Assembly (NCBI RefSeq): GCF_004010195.1
Contig: NC_057745.1
Location: 17,747,145-17,811,144, forward strand
DNA length: 64,000 nt
Direction: 5' to 3'
DNA from: Chiloscyllium plagiosum
Lineage: Eukaryota
The position numbers were made by a program, and so were the translations under genes. The notes under the pieces were generated by a model, which saw only the letters and a program-made list of their open reading frames with translations, searched no databases and was not told the origin of the DNA. Shown here one piece after another: positions 1 to 14,074 of the stretch; the first letter of the stretch is position 1; the number at the start of each line of letters is the position of its first letter.

Positions 1-2016
1 AGTGAATCCTTAGAAGAGTATAAAGGCAGTAGCAGTGTACTTAAGAGGGAAATCAGGAGAACAAAAAGGGGACATGAGATAGCTTTGACAAAAAGGGTTA
101 AGGAGAGTCCAAAGGGTTTTTACAAATACATGAAAGGCAAAAGGGAGAGAATAGTACCCCTCAGAGATCAGCAAGGCGGCCTTTGTGTGGAGCTGCAGGA
201 GATGGGGGAGATACTAACCGAGTATTTTGCTTCAGTGTTTACTGTGGAGAAGGACATGAAGTATAGAATGAAAAATGTCCATATGACACAGGACAAAGTG
301 CTGGATGTTTTGAAACGGATAAAAGTGGATAAATCCCCAGGACCAGATCAGATGTACCTTAGAACTCTGTGGGAAGATAGGGAAGTGATTGCTGGGCTCC
401 TTGCTGAGATATTTGTATCATTGATAATCACATGTGAGGTTCCAAAAGACTGGAGGATGGCTAATGTGGTGCCACTGTTTAAGAAAGGTGGTAAGGACAA
501 GCCAGGGAACTGTAGACCGGTGAGCCTGACGTTGGTTGTGGGCAAGTTGTTGGAGGGAATCCTGAGAGATAGGATGTACATATATTTGGGATGACAAGGA
601 CTGATTAGGGATAGTCAACATAGCTTTGTGCGTAGGAAATCATGTCTCACAAATTTGATTGATTTTTTTGAAGAAGTAACAAAGAGGATTGATGAGGGCA
701 AAGTGGTAGACTTCAGTAAGGCATTTGACAAGGTTCCCCATGTGCGACTGGTTGGCAAGGTTAGATCTTATGGAATACAGTGAGAACTAGCCATTTGGAT
801 ATAGAACTGGCTCAAAGGTAGAAGTCAGTGGGTTGTGGTGGAGGGATGTTTTTCAGACTGGAGACCTGTGACCAGTGGAGTGTGAGATGCTGGAAAAACA
901 CAGCAGGCCAGGCAGCATCCGAGGAGCAGGAGATGCTTTGCTCCTGTTCCTCGGATGTTGCCTGGCCTGCTGTGTTTTTCCAGCATCACATTTTTCAACT
1001 CTGGTCTCCAGCATCTGCAGTCCTCACTTTCTCCTACCAGTGAAGTGTCACAAGGATAGGTGCTGGGTCCACTACATTTTGTCATTTATATAAGTGATAT
1101 GGATGTGTGTATAAGAGATATAGTTAGTAAGTTTGCAGATAACACCAAAATTAGAGGTGTAGTGGACAGCGAAGAAGGTTACTTCAGATTACAAAAGGAT
1201 CTTGATCAGATGGGCCAATGGGCTGAGGAGTGGCAGATGGAGTTTAATTTAGATAAATGCGAGGTGCTGCATTTTGGGAAAGCAAATCTTAGCAGGACTG
1301 AAACACTTAATGGTAAGGTCCTAGGGAGTGTTGCTGAACAAAGGGACCTTGGAGTGCAAGTTTATAGTTCCTTGAAAGTGGAGTCGCAGGTAGATAGGTT
1401 AGTAAAGAAGGCATTTGGTATGTATTGAGTATAGGAGTTGGGAGGTCAAGTTGCAGCTGTACAGGACATTGGTTAGGCCACTGTTGGAATATTGCGTGCA
1501 ATTCTGGTCTCCTTCCTATTGGAAGGATGTTGTGAAACTTGAAAGAGTTCAGAAAAGATTTACAAGGATGTTGCTAGGGTTGGAGGATTTGAGCTATAGG
1601 GAGAGGTTGAACAGGCTGGGGCTGTATTCCCTGGAGCGTCGGAGGTTGAGGGGTGACGTTATAGAGGTTTATAAAATCGTAAGGGGCATGGATAGGATAA
1701 ATAGACAAAGTCTTTTCCCTGGAATGGGGAGTCTAGAACTAGAGGGCAAAGGTTTAGGGTGACAGGGGAAAGATATAAAAGAGACCTAAGGGACAACTTT
1801 TTCACCCAGAGGGTGGTACGTGTATGGAATGAGCTGCCAGAGGAAGTGGTGGAGGCTTTTACAATTGCAACATTTAAAAGGCATCTGGATGGTTATATGA
1901 ATTGGAAGGGTTTGGAGGGATATGGGCTGGGTGCTGGCATGCGGAACGAGGATGGGATATCTGGTTGGCATGGATGAGTTGGACCGAAGGGTACATTTCT
2001 ATGGCTCTGACTCTAA
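1..2016 (+). mobile_element. CR1 LINE, decayed ORF2 RT plus 3' tail
   Basis: KSPGPD, WRMANVVPLFKKG, LGP..F, KFAD, LEYCVQFW, NFFTQRVVRVWNELP across frames, with stops; ATGGCTCT/GACTCT tail. Confidence 0.93.
884..1035. mobile_element. Short fold-back Penelope pseudo-LTR insert inside CR1
   Basis: TSD accagtgRagtgt at 871-883 and 1036-1048 splits the CR1 TSGVPQG motif; internal inverted repeat; ends ccagcatctgcagtcctcactttctcc like the other pLTR copies. Confidence 0.85.
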
Positions 2017-2814
2017 GTAGAAAATCAGCAATTGTACTTCATTGGCTTAAAGTGTGAAGGCTTGTGAAATGCATTATGTAAATGCAAGTCTTTTATTTGT
2101 GGGTATTGAATTACTCTGCCATTTTCCAGTCACTGGTCCACTGTGATCATGATGGCTGCCATTTTGAATTTATTTTGACTTCCCTTAATTTTAAGCCCTA
2201 CATCACATGCCAATCCCAAGCTTACGTTAAGTTCAGAAAAGGCGCACGGCTGGAACATTTTTTTTTCTTGGCTGTTGTACTATTCCTGTGCAAGTATGCA
2301 TTCTATTGCTAGAATCATATCTGAAGTTGGTGCAGGGACCCCTCCCCCAGGCAAATCACAATGTACCTTCTATCCCATCAACCCCACATCTCCCCTATGG
2401 TTTTCCAGCTTTTCCTTCCATTCTGTGAATGAAGGTCTCTGAGTCTCCCTGCTTAACTTTGCTGTGATGATCATCACCACCGTTTTTCTGCCTTAAAACT
2501 AAAGTTGGGTAAAAACAAAAGGTTGCATGGTGTCATACTCACATATTTAGAGGTCACCCTCATCTTGGCTTCTGATTCTTTCCAGTGGCTGGTGGTCCCG
2601 GTGTAGGGAGCCCCAAAATGCCCAGGATAGTAGCCCGGATGTGGTCTATCCAGGGCACAATTCTGGCCACTCCTACCAACAATAACTGCATCATATTACA
2701 CACATTCATACATAGGACCTGTTCTCTAACTCAAAACGGGATATGTCCAAGTCTTGCACCTTTTTGAATTATCCAGGAGCTTGGGGAGTCCGTGTTCCTC
2801 ATTGCTTCCTGCAT

Positions 2815-2970
2815 GGCAATGGTGTGGCCAATCAGAGTTGGATTGCAAACCAATCAACACCATTTCCTGTTTTGGTATAAATTGTGATCATTTGAATTTT
2901 TTGGTATTCTTGCATTTATTTTGATGAGCATGAGATTGAATATGTCAGCACCTTGTCAACAATATTCTGT
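2815..2970 (+). repeat. Old interspersed repeat (second copy inverted at ~4905-5050)
   Basis: aaccaatcaacac and tttggtattcttgca are shared with the reverse complement of 4941-5020. Confidence 0.55.
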
Positions 2971-3761
2971 GTTCATTTTTATCACTTCCAGCACTACTCA
3001 TATAAGTTAAAGGTATTTAGGTTAGCTGATAAAAGGACAATAACAGTTCCTCTTCTGATTAAAAGTTCCCATAATCTTTAGGGAGCACACTGCTGGTGAA
3101 TAGAACAGGACAACAGAAGCTTATGAAAAGATGCCAGTTTGAAAACATTTTGCAGATTGTGAAACTTAAAATGTTTCCATTCAGCAAAATTTAATTGTTC
3201 TAATTAGCTTAAAGATTTTAATCCTTTCAAAGACCCAGAGATTAATTAATAGTCATTATTTTGCTGAGTCAAGGTAATGTGCTTTGTCTGTGCTTGTTTC
3301 CTCCCTGTCTGTGTTAAATAGCCTCATATTTGATCAGTTTTTGAAAATTTTTTTTGTGTGAGCATTCAGAGGATTGCACGTTGAATGGACTGGCAGACTG
3401 TGGGAACAAAGCCAAGGACACGTGCAGTGTTGCCAGGCTGTGTCACTGTTGCCACGAATGACAGCATTGGGCTGTGGAAAGTACGCATTGTTTGTTAGAT
3501 GGCTGAGGTCTTGCTGCATAAACCAAACACAGTCGCATCTGAAAGAAATCTGTCAAACTCTTTAATCTTTGTTTCAAGACAGATTCTCAGTAAGCATTCT
3601 GAGAATTTCATTCAGCTGCCACGTAATTGTATTATTTTACATTACATCATTTCCTCTTCTTTAGGGGGACATTCTGCAACACTAATGTTTGTGTTGATTC
3701 TCGATATTCCTTTTCAGCTCATCCCCTCTCTTTTCCTGAAGGTGCTACCCACTTGGATAGT

Positions 3762-4145
3762 GGGGTCAGCCATGGCTTAGTTAGTAGCAGACTCGCCTAC
3801 AAGTTATAAAGTTCCATTTGAAGTCCCACTTCAGTATGCGAGTACAAAAATCAAGGCTGATGCTCCAGGGAAGCACAGAGAGGAGATGAGATGTGAAATC
3901 ATCACTCCATCTGCCGACATAGAGTCTGTTGGAAAACTGGGGTGGGGGGGATGTTCTCCCTACTTATATCTATTGCTCAATCAAACAATAAATTGTCATT
4001 ATCACAGTGCTGCTCTGCACAAACATGGCTGATGTGCTTCCCGCATTACAATAGTAATGATATTTCAAATGTAATTATTTGACTATAAAGTAGGTTGAGT
4101 AGTACAGTAGTTATGAAAGTTGCTTTATCAATGCTAGTCTGCTTC
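3762..4145 (+). mobile_element. Degenerate DeuSINE-like (SacSINE1-type) tRNA SINE
   Basis: tRNA-like head tggcttagttagtagc; Deu-like core cattatcacagtgctgc...tgcacaaa.atggctg; L2-like tail tgaaag..gct.tat.aatgc.agtct; related tails at 6180-6347 and 44330-44560. Confidence 0.6.
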
Positions 4146-4543
4146 CTGGAAGAGAAGAATTGATCTTGAGCAGGAAAAAGGACTTTCTTTCTTCCCCCTT
4201 CCCTCATCCAAGGTGTTGCCATAACCTAAGGTGAACTAACTCATGAAGAACTAGGGTTACACCTGGGAATATTGTGTCTTTGTACCTTCATAGTTATCTG
4301 CGGTGCAACTGCACACTTAGCCCGACAATGGATTTCTTCAATAGATTCTAAACCTTTCCTTTTTTCTGGTATGAATTGGTATTTGCTCCACTGTCTTTTA
4401 CACCTCCTTTCAGCTCCTTCCTCACTGACATCAGTGTGGAAATCAAGCCTGATCACTAGTGTACATTGCTCCTGGTGGCCAGTATAGAATGGCTTAGATG
4501 ACCAACATCTGGCAGTTCCATTAGTTGGGGAAAGTTTTCATTT

Positions 4544-4870
4544 CATAGAATCCCTACAGTTTGGAAATAGGCCCTTCAGCCCAACAAGTCCACACTGACC
4601 TTCCAAAGAGTAACCCACCCAGACCCATTCCCCTACCCTATATTTACCCCTGACTAATGCACCTTATACTTTGGGCAATTTAGCATGGCCAAGTCACCTG
4701 ACCTGCACATATTTGGATTGTGGGAGGAAACTGGAGCACCCGGAGGAAACCCACATGGACACAGGGAGAACGTGCAAACTCCACACAGACAATCGCCTGA
4801 GGCTGGAATTGAACCCGGGTCCCTGGTGCAGTGAGGCAGCTGTGCTAACCATTGAGCCACCATGCTGCCC
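4544..4870 (-). mobile_element. HE1-type V-SINE
   Basis: Minus-strand A box TGGCTCAATGG and B box GGTTCAATTCC; V-domain gtgtggagtttgcacgttctccc; CR1-derived tail. Confidence 0.9.
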
Positions 4871-5149
4871 CAAAGTTATTAGATAGTGCGACCCTGAGTT
4901 TCGCTGAAAATGTTTCTTTTAACTTTTTTTTTACTTTCATCTGGACAATTTGCAAGAATACCAAATTAAAGAGAAAATGACACCTATGCTATGTAAAGGG
5001 ACAGTGTTGATTGGTTGACATGTGAACTTTGATGGTTAGAAGTGTTGCTATAGATAGGTACCAGTTAATGATGACTAACAGTTAACTGTCAAGCTTTGTT
5101 TAAATTTTAATCTAACAGGTCAAGGCATTGCTTTGAAAATGGCTATCAT

Positions 5150-5600
5150 CTGAAACAAAAACAGAAATTGCTGGAGAAACATAGCAGCTCTGGCAGCATT
5201 TTGGAAAGAAAGCAAAGTAAATATCTTAGGTCCAGTAATCCTTCTTTAGAACTGATTGTAGATAGGAAAAGGTGGTATATTTGCTGAAGACAGGGGGTGG
5301 AGGGGCAAGGAGTAAACAATAAGCCAAAATGGAACCCAGAGAGAGAAAACAGTAGTTGGACAAAGGGATGATAATGCTGAGCCAAGGAGAAACAAAAGCT
5401 GCAATAAGAGTCCATTAGTGCATGAAAATGGATTGGCTGTGAGCCAATGTAATTACAAGCCTGGGGTGCGGGAGTGGGTTAAGGACATGGAAGAAGGTGC
5501 TCAGGCTCAATTATTGAACTTGGTATTGATTGTGAAGGCTGCAGGGTCCCAGAGCGGAAAATCAGATGCTGTTCTTTGAGTTTACACTGACCCTCGCTGC
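5150..5600 (-). mobile_element. Penelope-like element 3' end with pseudo-LTR
   Basis: CKLKEQHLIFRSGTLQP C-terminal motif; degenerate hammerhead at ~5215-5255. Confidence 0.8.
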
Positions 5601-6170
5601 CATCTGTTTTCTTGCATTGAAACAGGTGCCGTGTGAGTAGATGTTTCCTCTGTCTGCAAAAAACAGGGTCCTGTATATTAGTATAGTTAGCTTCCAGAGT
5701 GTGCAAGTACAAGTGAACCCAACTGACAGTCCTGAACTGGTTGTCAGTGTAATGCTTTGCAAACCCAGGATTATCTGGCAAATATTGTCCAATTATGAAA
5801 TCACATCTGATGTTTCACAGATATTGTCCAACTATGAAATCAACATCTGATGTTGTGAGTTTTGCAAACGCTGGTTAGGTATGGTCAGTAAGTTGTTTGT
5901 TGTGAACAATTGAAGAATGTTGTTATTTGATAGGATATACCAATTTTGGGGGCATATGGCCTACATACATAGCATCACACAAGCACTGAAATTCATATAC
6001 CACATTCCTGATTAGTGTGATACACTGAACAATTTTTTGGCAGCATGCTGTTAGTGATGTTCCCACTAAATTGAAACAGAATAAAACGGCTTTAAACTTC
6101 TGCTGCACACTTTGAGATACCTTATCTTGCCAGGGTAATCAAAGATAGTTTTGGCAAAACTTATTCATCA
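5600..6170 (-). mobile_element. Second Penelope-like fragment, GIY-YIG endonuclease region
   Basis: RNVVYEFQCLCDAMYVGH (VVY...YVG motif); ~40-bp tandem duplication at 5781-5853. Confidence 0.75.
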
Positions 6171-6899
6171 GCTATGGTTACCTGCTCATGATTACATTGT
6201 TCTTAATGGTAGCTGCTGTGTGCAAATTAGATGCCTATGTTTCCTATATTGCAACAAAAACTATGCTTCAAAGAGTATTCAAGTGCTGTAGAGGACTTTG
6301 GTATGTCCTTAAGCTGGGAGAGGCCCTGTAAAAATGCAATTCTGTCTGGAGAACATGATGAAAAGGAAAAGCAGAAATCGCCAACCCAATGGGTCATTTA
6401 ATGAGGCAAGGCTATTGGGTGTGAAGGAAGATTAACGATGACCACATAACACCTCAAATTATACACCTTGTTAAAAATTCCAACAACAGAACTTCACAGA
6501 AGGAGCCCTATATTTCTTTCTCTTTCGAGATTAAAACTTAACCAAGTACTTCATACTAATATTAGCACAGTCTGATTTTCACATTGGTCATGGAATTAGA
6601 ATGTAGTTGTTTAGAGGAGCAGTCAACTTTGGAAAAAATAACATGAAGCCAATTTGTATTGAATTTTTTTCTGCTGATGAGTTTTGAGACTATTTATAAA
6701 AAGGATAAAAAAGGCGGTGTCCTCTAAATTTCAATGCTGTAATTTCAGAGTGTTCTGGCCTGCAGAATGGTTACATTGGAATATGTCTCAACCAGTATTC
6801 TTTCACTGGTATAGAAACAAGAGTTTATCTTACTAAATGTGTTTTTTAATATTGTTTGATTTCCATGGTGGCATGAATGCCTTTTTTGTCTAAGTGTTG

Positions 6900-7052
6900 G
6901 GATATGTTTTGATGTCAATTCCCACATGTTTGAGGTCACTGTGAAGTCCTCGCCTGAGGTGTGCAGATTCTCAGGTTAAACTCACCACCAGTTATCTCTC
7001 TCTTGAATGAGAGAACAGCCTGTGGTCCATGGTGACTGTAGTAATTTTCATT
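6900..7052 (+). mobile_element. Old tRNA-SINE body (same family as 14075-14286)
   Basis: cctgaggtgtg...caggttaaac..caccagtt matches the reverse complement of 14120-14165. Confidence 0.6.
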
Positions 7053-7126
7053 TTCTACAGGTGTTAGAGGCTCAATAATTCAGTTATGACTTTGAAGCTC
7101 TTCCTGGGTGTTGTACTGAAATTAAT

Positions 7127-7942
7127 GGATAGAATTTAATGTAAGCTCTTTTCTGCCAAATTGACAGCCAGCAGTCAGGACCTGGGATAGCAAGATACAT
7201 TTGGGATGAATAACTGGAGACTGTTCTATATGGGTTAAGGGCAGGGCAGGGGGCCTGGGTCAGGTTCAGTGCTGAGGCTTGTGACTTGCTCCACTGACAA
7301 AGTCATGTGTCGCCTCTTTTTCTGGAAAACCCATTGTATTAAATTCCAATCAGGCACCCCACAGGGCAGCAGTGGTGAATGTTCCCCAGGATCAAGAGGA
7401 TATGGGCGGGGGGGGAATTCCATCCACTGAGAGCATCTGGCTAACTAGAGACTGGCAGCTCATCATTGCTCAGCCAAACCACTGACCAGTGGTGGTTGAT
7501 GTTGGTAATGCAACCACCATGGTCAGGGTTGCTGAGGTCACAGATGAATGATGGTTGGAGACAGATTGTGGGGTGGACTTTGAGGAGATGGGGTATTGGC
7601 AGCAAGAGCCAGGGTTGCGTGTGTCCCTTACTGGCCCCAATTTCCTCAGTCCTTCTCAATGACAGGCTTCTCAATCAGGCACTGAGCAACCGCAAAAAGG
7701 TTTACTTCTTGGGTTTCCCACACAACAAGCCCTCTGCTTACTGTTGTGTAAATCCCAGCAGCACTGAGATGAGGTCCTCAAGTGGGCCTTAGTTACCACT
7801 TAATTGCTCCAATTAACAAAGAAGGTCTTCTTGCTACAGACTTAATTGAGGTAAAGGCAGGAAAATATTGCACCCCCCCCCCCACATGATCAAATGCTCC
7901 CATCACCAAATTCAGCAAGGGAGTGGGCATTAAATTCTGCCC
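7127..7942. mobile_element. Non-autonomous DNA transposon (PIF/Harbinger-like MITE)
   Basis: TIRs ggatagaatttaatg (7127) and cattaaattctgccc (7928-7942), 13/15 match; no ORF. Confidence 0.55.
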
Positions 7943-8105
7943 TCTGTTTTCCATAACCAGTCAGCATCATGAGGAGTCAGGGACATATAACATATAATTT
8001 GGATACTGCATTATAACTATTATTGACTCTTGAAGAGATTGGTTGTAGACTGTGTATAGTATCTGTGAGAACAGCGCAGATTGACAAGGACAGTGGTCTT
8101 TTTGG

Positions 8106-8480
8106 ATTCATTCAACTGATGTGGATGTTGTTGTCTGGGCCAGCATTTATTCCCCATCCCGAATTGTTCCTTGAGCTGCCTTTCTGAACCTCTGTGGTCC
8201 ATTTGGTGTGGATACACCAAAAATGTTTTTGGCGATGAAATTTCAGGATGCTCACCCAGCAAAACTGAAAGAATGCCGATATATTTCCATCAGGAGGGGT
8301 GAGTGGCTTGGTGGGGATCTTGCAGGTTCCCATGTATCTGCCTCCCTCCTTCAGGATGGTAGTGACTGTGGGGTTAGAAGGTGCTGTCTAAAGAGCCTTG
8401 GTAAATTTCTGCAGTGCATCTTTTACTTGGTGATGCTGCTATGAGCATAAGATGTGGAGAGAGTGAATGTTTGTGGATAT
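8106..8480 (-). mobile_element. 3' end of a second CR1/L2-superclade LINE family
   Basis: Same 3' sequence (gggccagcatttatt.cccatccc...ccttgag) as the copies at 35775, 54490 and 63245. Confidence 0.75.
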
Positions 8481-8884
8481 GGTGTTTTAAAATATTAAGG
8501 ATTGGATTGAAATGGGTGGATGAAAGTGGTTTTGACTTTTTTATTTATTATTGTGGTTTAAATGGTGCATTTGACCAATCAATAGACTCCTGTAGCTTTG
8601 GCATGTCATCTATTGTCAAGCAACTTCTAACTGATTGATTGCCAAGTAACCTCAACCACATCATTCTTAACCAAGACAGAACCAGCCTATCATCAGTTAT
8701 AAAGACTCAACTCAAAATGTTAACACTGTTTTTGTCTCCAATGATACAGCTAGACCAGCTGAGATTTTCTGGCAGTTTCTGTTTAGGTAATTAAAGGAAT
8801 GGAAACACTTTGAGGGATGAAGAGAACTCTGGTTTCTAAAGTTTTGCTGTTTTTGAATTACGCCCTTGCAATGTGAATATTTAC

Positions 8885-9133
8885 CTCCCACAACTGTGTC
8901 CCTGCCAAAACCAACGCACCACCACCTCGCTACCCTCACCAACCCCATGACCTCCAGTCCCTCACTACCACCTACCACTATCACCAGCACAACCTCACCC
9001 CACCATCCCTAGCCCCCAACCACCACCTCCACCAACTTCTCACCATCAACTACCGACACAATGCCCACCCCTACCCCCACTACCATCCCTAGCCTCCACA
9101 AATCCCTCCACCCTCACCAACACCACCAGCACA
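8885..9133. repeat. Degenerate (ACC)n low-complexity tract
   Basis: C/A-rich cac/acc triplets. Confidence 0.8.
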
Positions 9134-9321
9134 ATTCTTTAAGGCTTTTATTTGATTTCAGTGTCTTGAGTTGCTCAATAATCACAACCAGCACTGGATG
9201 CAGGGCACTGGCACCATTGTATCCTGCAGGGCAATTTAAATCCTTTTGAAAATATTTGAATAATAATTTGGTTTAGGAATGGTATTAAGATCGTAGCAAA
9301 GCCTTGAGTTATTGTGCAGAT

Positions 9322-9651
9322 CTTAGAATCCCAACAGTGTGGAAATAGGCCACTTGGCCCAACAAGTCCACATCAACCTCAGAAGAGTATCCCACCCAGA
9401 CCCATTCCCCCACCCTATTACTTTACATTTCCCCTGACTAATGCACTTAACCTACACACCCCTGAACACTATGGGCAATTTAGAAAGCCAATTCACCTAA
9501 CCTGCACATCTTTGGATTGTTGGAGGAAACCAATGTAGACAGGCGAAGAATATGCAAACTCCACACAGATAGTCTCTCTGAGGCTGGAATTGAACCTGAC
9601 CCCATGGCACTGTGAGGAAGCAATGCTAACCACTGAACCACCGTACCACCC
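9322..9651 (-). mobile_element. HE1-type V-SINE
   Basis: Near full-length match to the 4544-4870 copy. Confidence 0.88.
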
Positions 9652-9719
9652 TATATATTGCTTCATCTAATTCAACATCTTAAAAATGTACATTTCACCA
9701 TTTTAATGAGAAATGTTGA

Positions 9720-10043
<324 letters not shown>

Positions 10044-10455
10044 TGAAAGATATGCCACAAGTTCTGTGATGACCGCACTGGCCAATAGGATCCCCACATT
10101 AGGGCCTGGCCAGGACCATGCTACCCCCTTAGAATTGGCATTGATTCCCCTGAGGCAGCAGAAGGGAGATAAGGCATAATTCATGCTGCTACTCCTGATG
10201 CCTTTGGAGAGAGCTGTATTGGAAGTAGTTAGACATGGTCGTATGTTGGGGAGATTTCTGCTGTTCATAGTAAAGATTTTTGCACATACTCTAAACACAG
10301 CTAAGACTTGTTCAAAATAATAGGAACTGTCCTGCCATCTGGCTGATGGGACAAAGTGCAAAAAGACAATGCAAGGCAGTCAGGGATGCTGTGAGCATGA
10401 AGGTGGGCTCAGTGAGTACATGTAATGACAGCAAGCGAAGAACCTGGAGATGAAC

Positions 10456-11045
10456 TATTATGGACCAGGCCAGACCCCCTCCAAATATTTTAAGAAGATA
10501 GCCTAGACCCTAACTTTTTCTTATTTTTAAGGCAGATGTGAAGTGAATATTCCAGGTGTGATGCAACTCATCAAACCACTCAACTTTATGCAAAACAGAA
10601 TTTATTTGAACATTACAGTTGACACAGGAACAAAAGAAAGCAGAATTTAGAATAGCTTACCTATCGGAAAACTTAACCAACTCGATACAGCAACTAAACT
10701 AATTAACTATTCCAATACAGTAACATCCCAGAAACACACCCCTTGGCAAAAAGGTAAATTCAAACACAGATTCTTACAGGCAGGAGGGAACAACATCCAG
10801 AAAAAGATTTCAGAAATAGTCAGAGGAATCCTTTACTGAAGTTTGCAACACTTCTTGTATTCAAAACATCTTGTGACTGCTGCAGCAAAAAAAACTAGAA
10901 AACAAACCTGAACTGGGAGAACTGGCCTTTCCCCTTCCATTGTTAAACTGTTTAACCCTAAACGCATTGGCACCTCTGCCTTTACAACCTCTCTTCCAAA
11001 AAACCAAGGACAAATGAACCTTTTTAAGGTGTCAGCATTGTCACA
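10456..11045 (-). mobile_element. Probable solo LTR
   Basis: Termini t(a/g)ttat...gtcaca resemble TG...CA; minus-strand AATAAA (tttatt at ~10600); ~590 bp, no ORF; TSD not clear. Confidence 0.45.
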
Positions 11046-11474
11046 CTACAAGCTGGGTGAATAATCCTGTGTGCAAAGTGTGCTTGCTGCAGCCTGACAA
11101 TGATAGTTGCCTATGCAGCAGTGAAGTGCAGAAGTCACATGACGGTTCAGATGGCTCGCACACGTTAAATGCCACTGTCTGTGGGTACAAGGTGTATGTG
11201 GTCAGTGCCCATGGAGTACATCCTGAGATGTTGGGACCCAACGTTGGAAGTTCTTCAGAGCACATGGTGAGCTGAAGCTGCCAAGTATCTGCTGTGACTT
11301 TCATGTTGAGAATTCTTGATATCCAGCTTGTTTGGCATCTTTGGTCAGATAGGAAGCTGAAGGTTATTTGATGCTAGTAAGGCATTTAACAAGATATAAT
11401 CTCCCTTAATTGGCAACTCACTGGGGCTAGTGAGAAACTTGCCTTGCTACTCGACAAATGCCTAAAAGGTGCAG

Positions 11475-12290
11475 ATAGAGTCATAGAGTCATAGAAATGT
11501 ACAGCATGGAAACAGACCCTTCGGTCCAATTTGTCCATGCCGACCAGATATACCAATCTTTTCTAGCCCCATTTGCCATATTTGGCACATAACCCTCTAA
11601 ACCCTTCCTATTCATATACCCATTCAGATGGCTTTTAAATGTTGCAATTGTACCAGCTCCACTTTCTCTGGCAGCTCATTCCACACACACACCACTCTCT
11701 GTGTGAAAAAGTTGCCCCTTAGGTCCCTTTTATATCTTTCTTCTCTCACCCTAAACCTATGCCCTCTAGTTCTGGACTCCCCCAACCCAGGGAAAAGACT
11801 TTGTCTATTTATCCTGTCCATGCCCTTCATGATTTTATAGACTTCTATAAGTTCACCCCTCAGCCTCCAACGCTCCAGCGAAAACAGCTCCAGCCTATTC
11901 AGCCTCTCCCTATAGCTCAATCCCTCAAACCCTGGCAACATCCTTGTAACTCTTTTCTGAACTCTTTCAAGTTTCACAACATTCTTTCAATAGGAGGAAG
12001 ACCACAATATTCCAAAATGGCCTAATCAATGTCCTGTACAGCCACAACATGACCTCCCAACTCCTAAACTCAATACTCTGACCAATAATGGAAAGCATAC
12101 CAAATACTTTCTTCACTATCCTTTCTACCTGCAACTGTACTTTCAAGAAGCTATGAACTGCACTCCATGGTATCTTTGTACAGTAATATTCCCTAGAACC
12201 TTACCATTAAGTGGATAAGTCCTGCTTTGATTTGCATTTCCAAAATGTAGCACCTCGCATTTATCTAAATTAAGCTCCATCTGCCACTCA
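11475..12290 (-). mobile_element. CR1 LINE 3' fragment
   Basis: KLERVQKRVTRMLPG...NFFTQRVVCVWNELP; (atagagtc)2 tail. Confidence 0.92.
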
Positions 12291-12744
12291 CAATGTTGAG
12301 ATAGGCTTTGCCAAACTTCTCACCTGATTCTTCCATGAGTTTTACCACATCCCACCTTGCTCAGGTCTCTGTAGGATCCCACCCATGATATTGCCTTGAG
12401 TTATAAGTAGCAGGTCAGTTTTAGTCACCTACATGTACAGTAATTTAAAAGGATCAACTTGTGGTGGCCTTGGAGCTTGCTACTTGGTTATGCAGCTTCC
12501 AGAGATTATTATTGAGCTGTGTCTACCCTGTAATATTACTCTAGCTACTTTAGGATCAGTTTTTCAGGTGATTACATATACACTATTTTCTTCAAACCTG
12601 ATCAGGTCCTTTGTAGTTTCCGTCTTGGTGGAAGACCCTTTTAACTGTAATGTGTCATGTTACACTATGGAGTCATCAGAAAGCCTTTTGGGCTCTTCAC
12701 AGTATAAAGTAAGATGTTGTGGTTTTGAGACTAGAGCCTACCTG

Positions 12745-13380
12745 GCAGGGTAGTAAAGAAAGTTTCTAGCACACTTTCCTTTATTGTCCAGGCTTTTGAG
12801 TATAGGAGGTTGTATAGGATGTTGGTGTGGCTAAGTTTGGAGTGCTCTGTACAGTTCTGGTCGCTCTGCTATAGGAAGGATGTTATTAAGTTGGAGAAGA
12901 TTCAGAATGGACTTATCAGGATGTTGCTGGGACTGGACGGTTTGAGTTATAAGGACAGGCTGGATCGGCTGGGACGTTTTTCACTGGAGCATAGGAGGTT
13001 GAGAGGTGACCTTATGGAGATTTATAAAATTATGAGGGGCATAAATGAGCTTAATAGCAAAGGTATTTTCTGGGGGGGGGAGTTCAAAACTAGGAGGCAT
13101 ATTTTTAAGGTGAGAGGAGAAATATTTTAAAAGGAACCCGAGGGGCAACTTTTCACAAGAAGGATAGTTCCTATGTGGAATGAACTGCCAGAGGAAGTGG
13201 TGGATGCAGATACATTTACAACATTTAAAAGACATTGGATGGGTATGTGAACAGGAAAGGTTTACAGGATATGGGCCAAGCGCAGGCAAGTGGGACCAGT
13301 TTAGTTTGGGAAGCCTGGTCAGCATGGACATGTTGGACCGAAGGGTCTGTTTCCGTGCTGTATGACTCCATGACTCTATA
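12745..13380 (+). mobile_element. CR1 LINE 3' fragment
   Basis: LECSVQFWS...RRLRGDLMEIYKIM; atgactcc/atgactct tail. Confidence 0.92.
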
Positions 13381-14074
13381 ACTGAACGTCCAACGTGACG
13401 GTATAGTTACTGACATTCTCTGTTTAATCTCAGGTATGAAAGCTCACTGGAGCGTGTAAGAGAGGACTATTAATATTAATGAAATCATATTCCAAATAAA
13501 CATGGGCAGAAAAAAAAGTAGAATTAATTGCAAAAAATATTTTAAATACTTTTGTGGAATGGGATAAAAGTTTACCAATTTGTGATACAAACTGAGATGA
13601 ATTTGGTAATGCAAGAACACATCAAAATAAATATATGGGAAGGAAAAGACTTGTAAGTATGTGAGGAAAGAGCAAGGGAGTGGAACAAATTGGATAATTC
13701 TTTGAAAGGGATGGTACGGGCATGATGAGCATTTCCTCTGAAATTATCTCTATCCCTTGTGTTGTGTTGATGATGCACACTTTTCTAGTTTTACATTTGC
13801 ATCCCTTCCTCTAAATCTTAACCAATCCTACATTTTCATGATTGCATCATTATAACTTCATTATATGCTTAACTTTGCATATTTTCATTCATTCCCCTAA
13901 CTCTGTCAATTGCTTATTGCTAAATAGTACCATTTCAACATGCTCAAACACTCTTTTTCTGTTTCTTGACATATTTTCCCATCATGCAGCACAAGCATAG
14001 ACTACTTAAAATTCACTGCTTTAGTTGAATAGATTGAAATGACTGGATTAATACTTCGTTGATATAGTGGAGAC

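Noticed and set aside
85-1977. ORFs of 100-170 aa as host genes
   Set aside because: They are frameshifted pieces of CR1 ORF2.
3264-3270. AP-1 sites (TGAGTCA/TGACTCA here and at several other positions) as enhancers
   Set aside because: The count is about what chance predicts in 64 kb and no conservation data are available.
4800-4870. tRNA genes suggested by A/B boxes (also at 14220, 17230, 25100, 43810)
   Set aside because: These are SINE heads continuous with SINE bodies, with no full cloverleaf.
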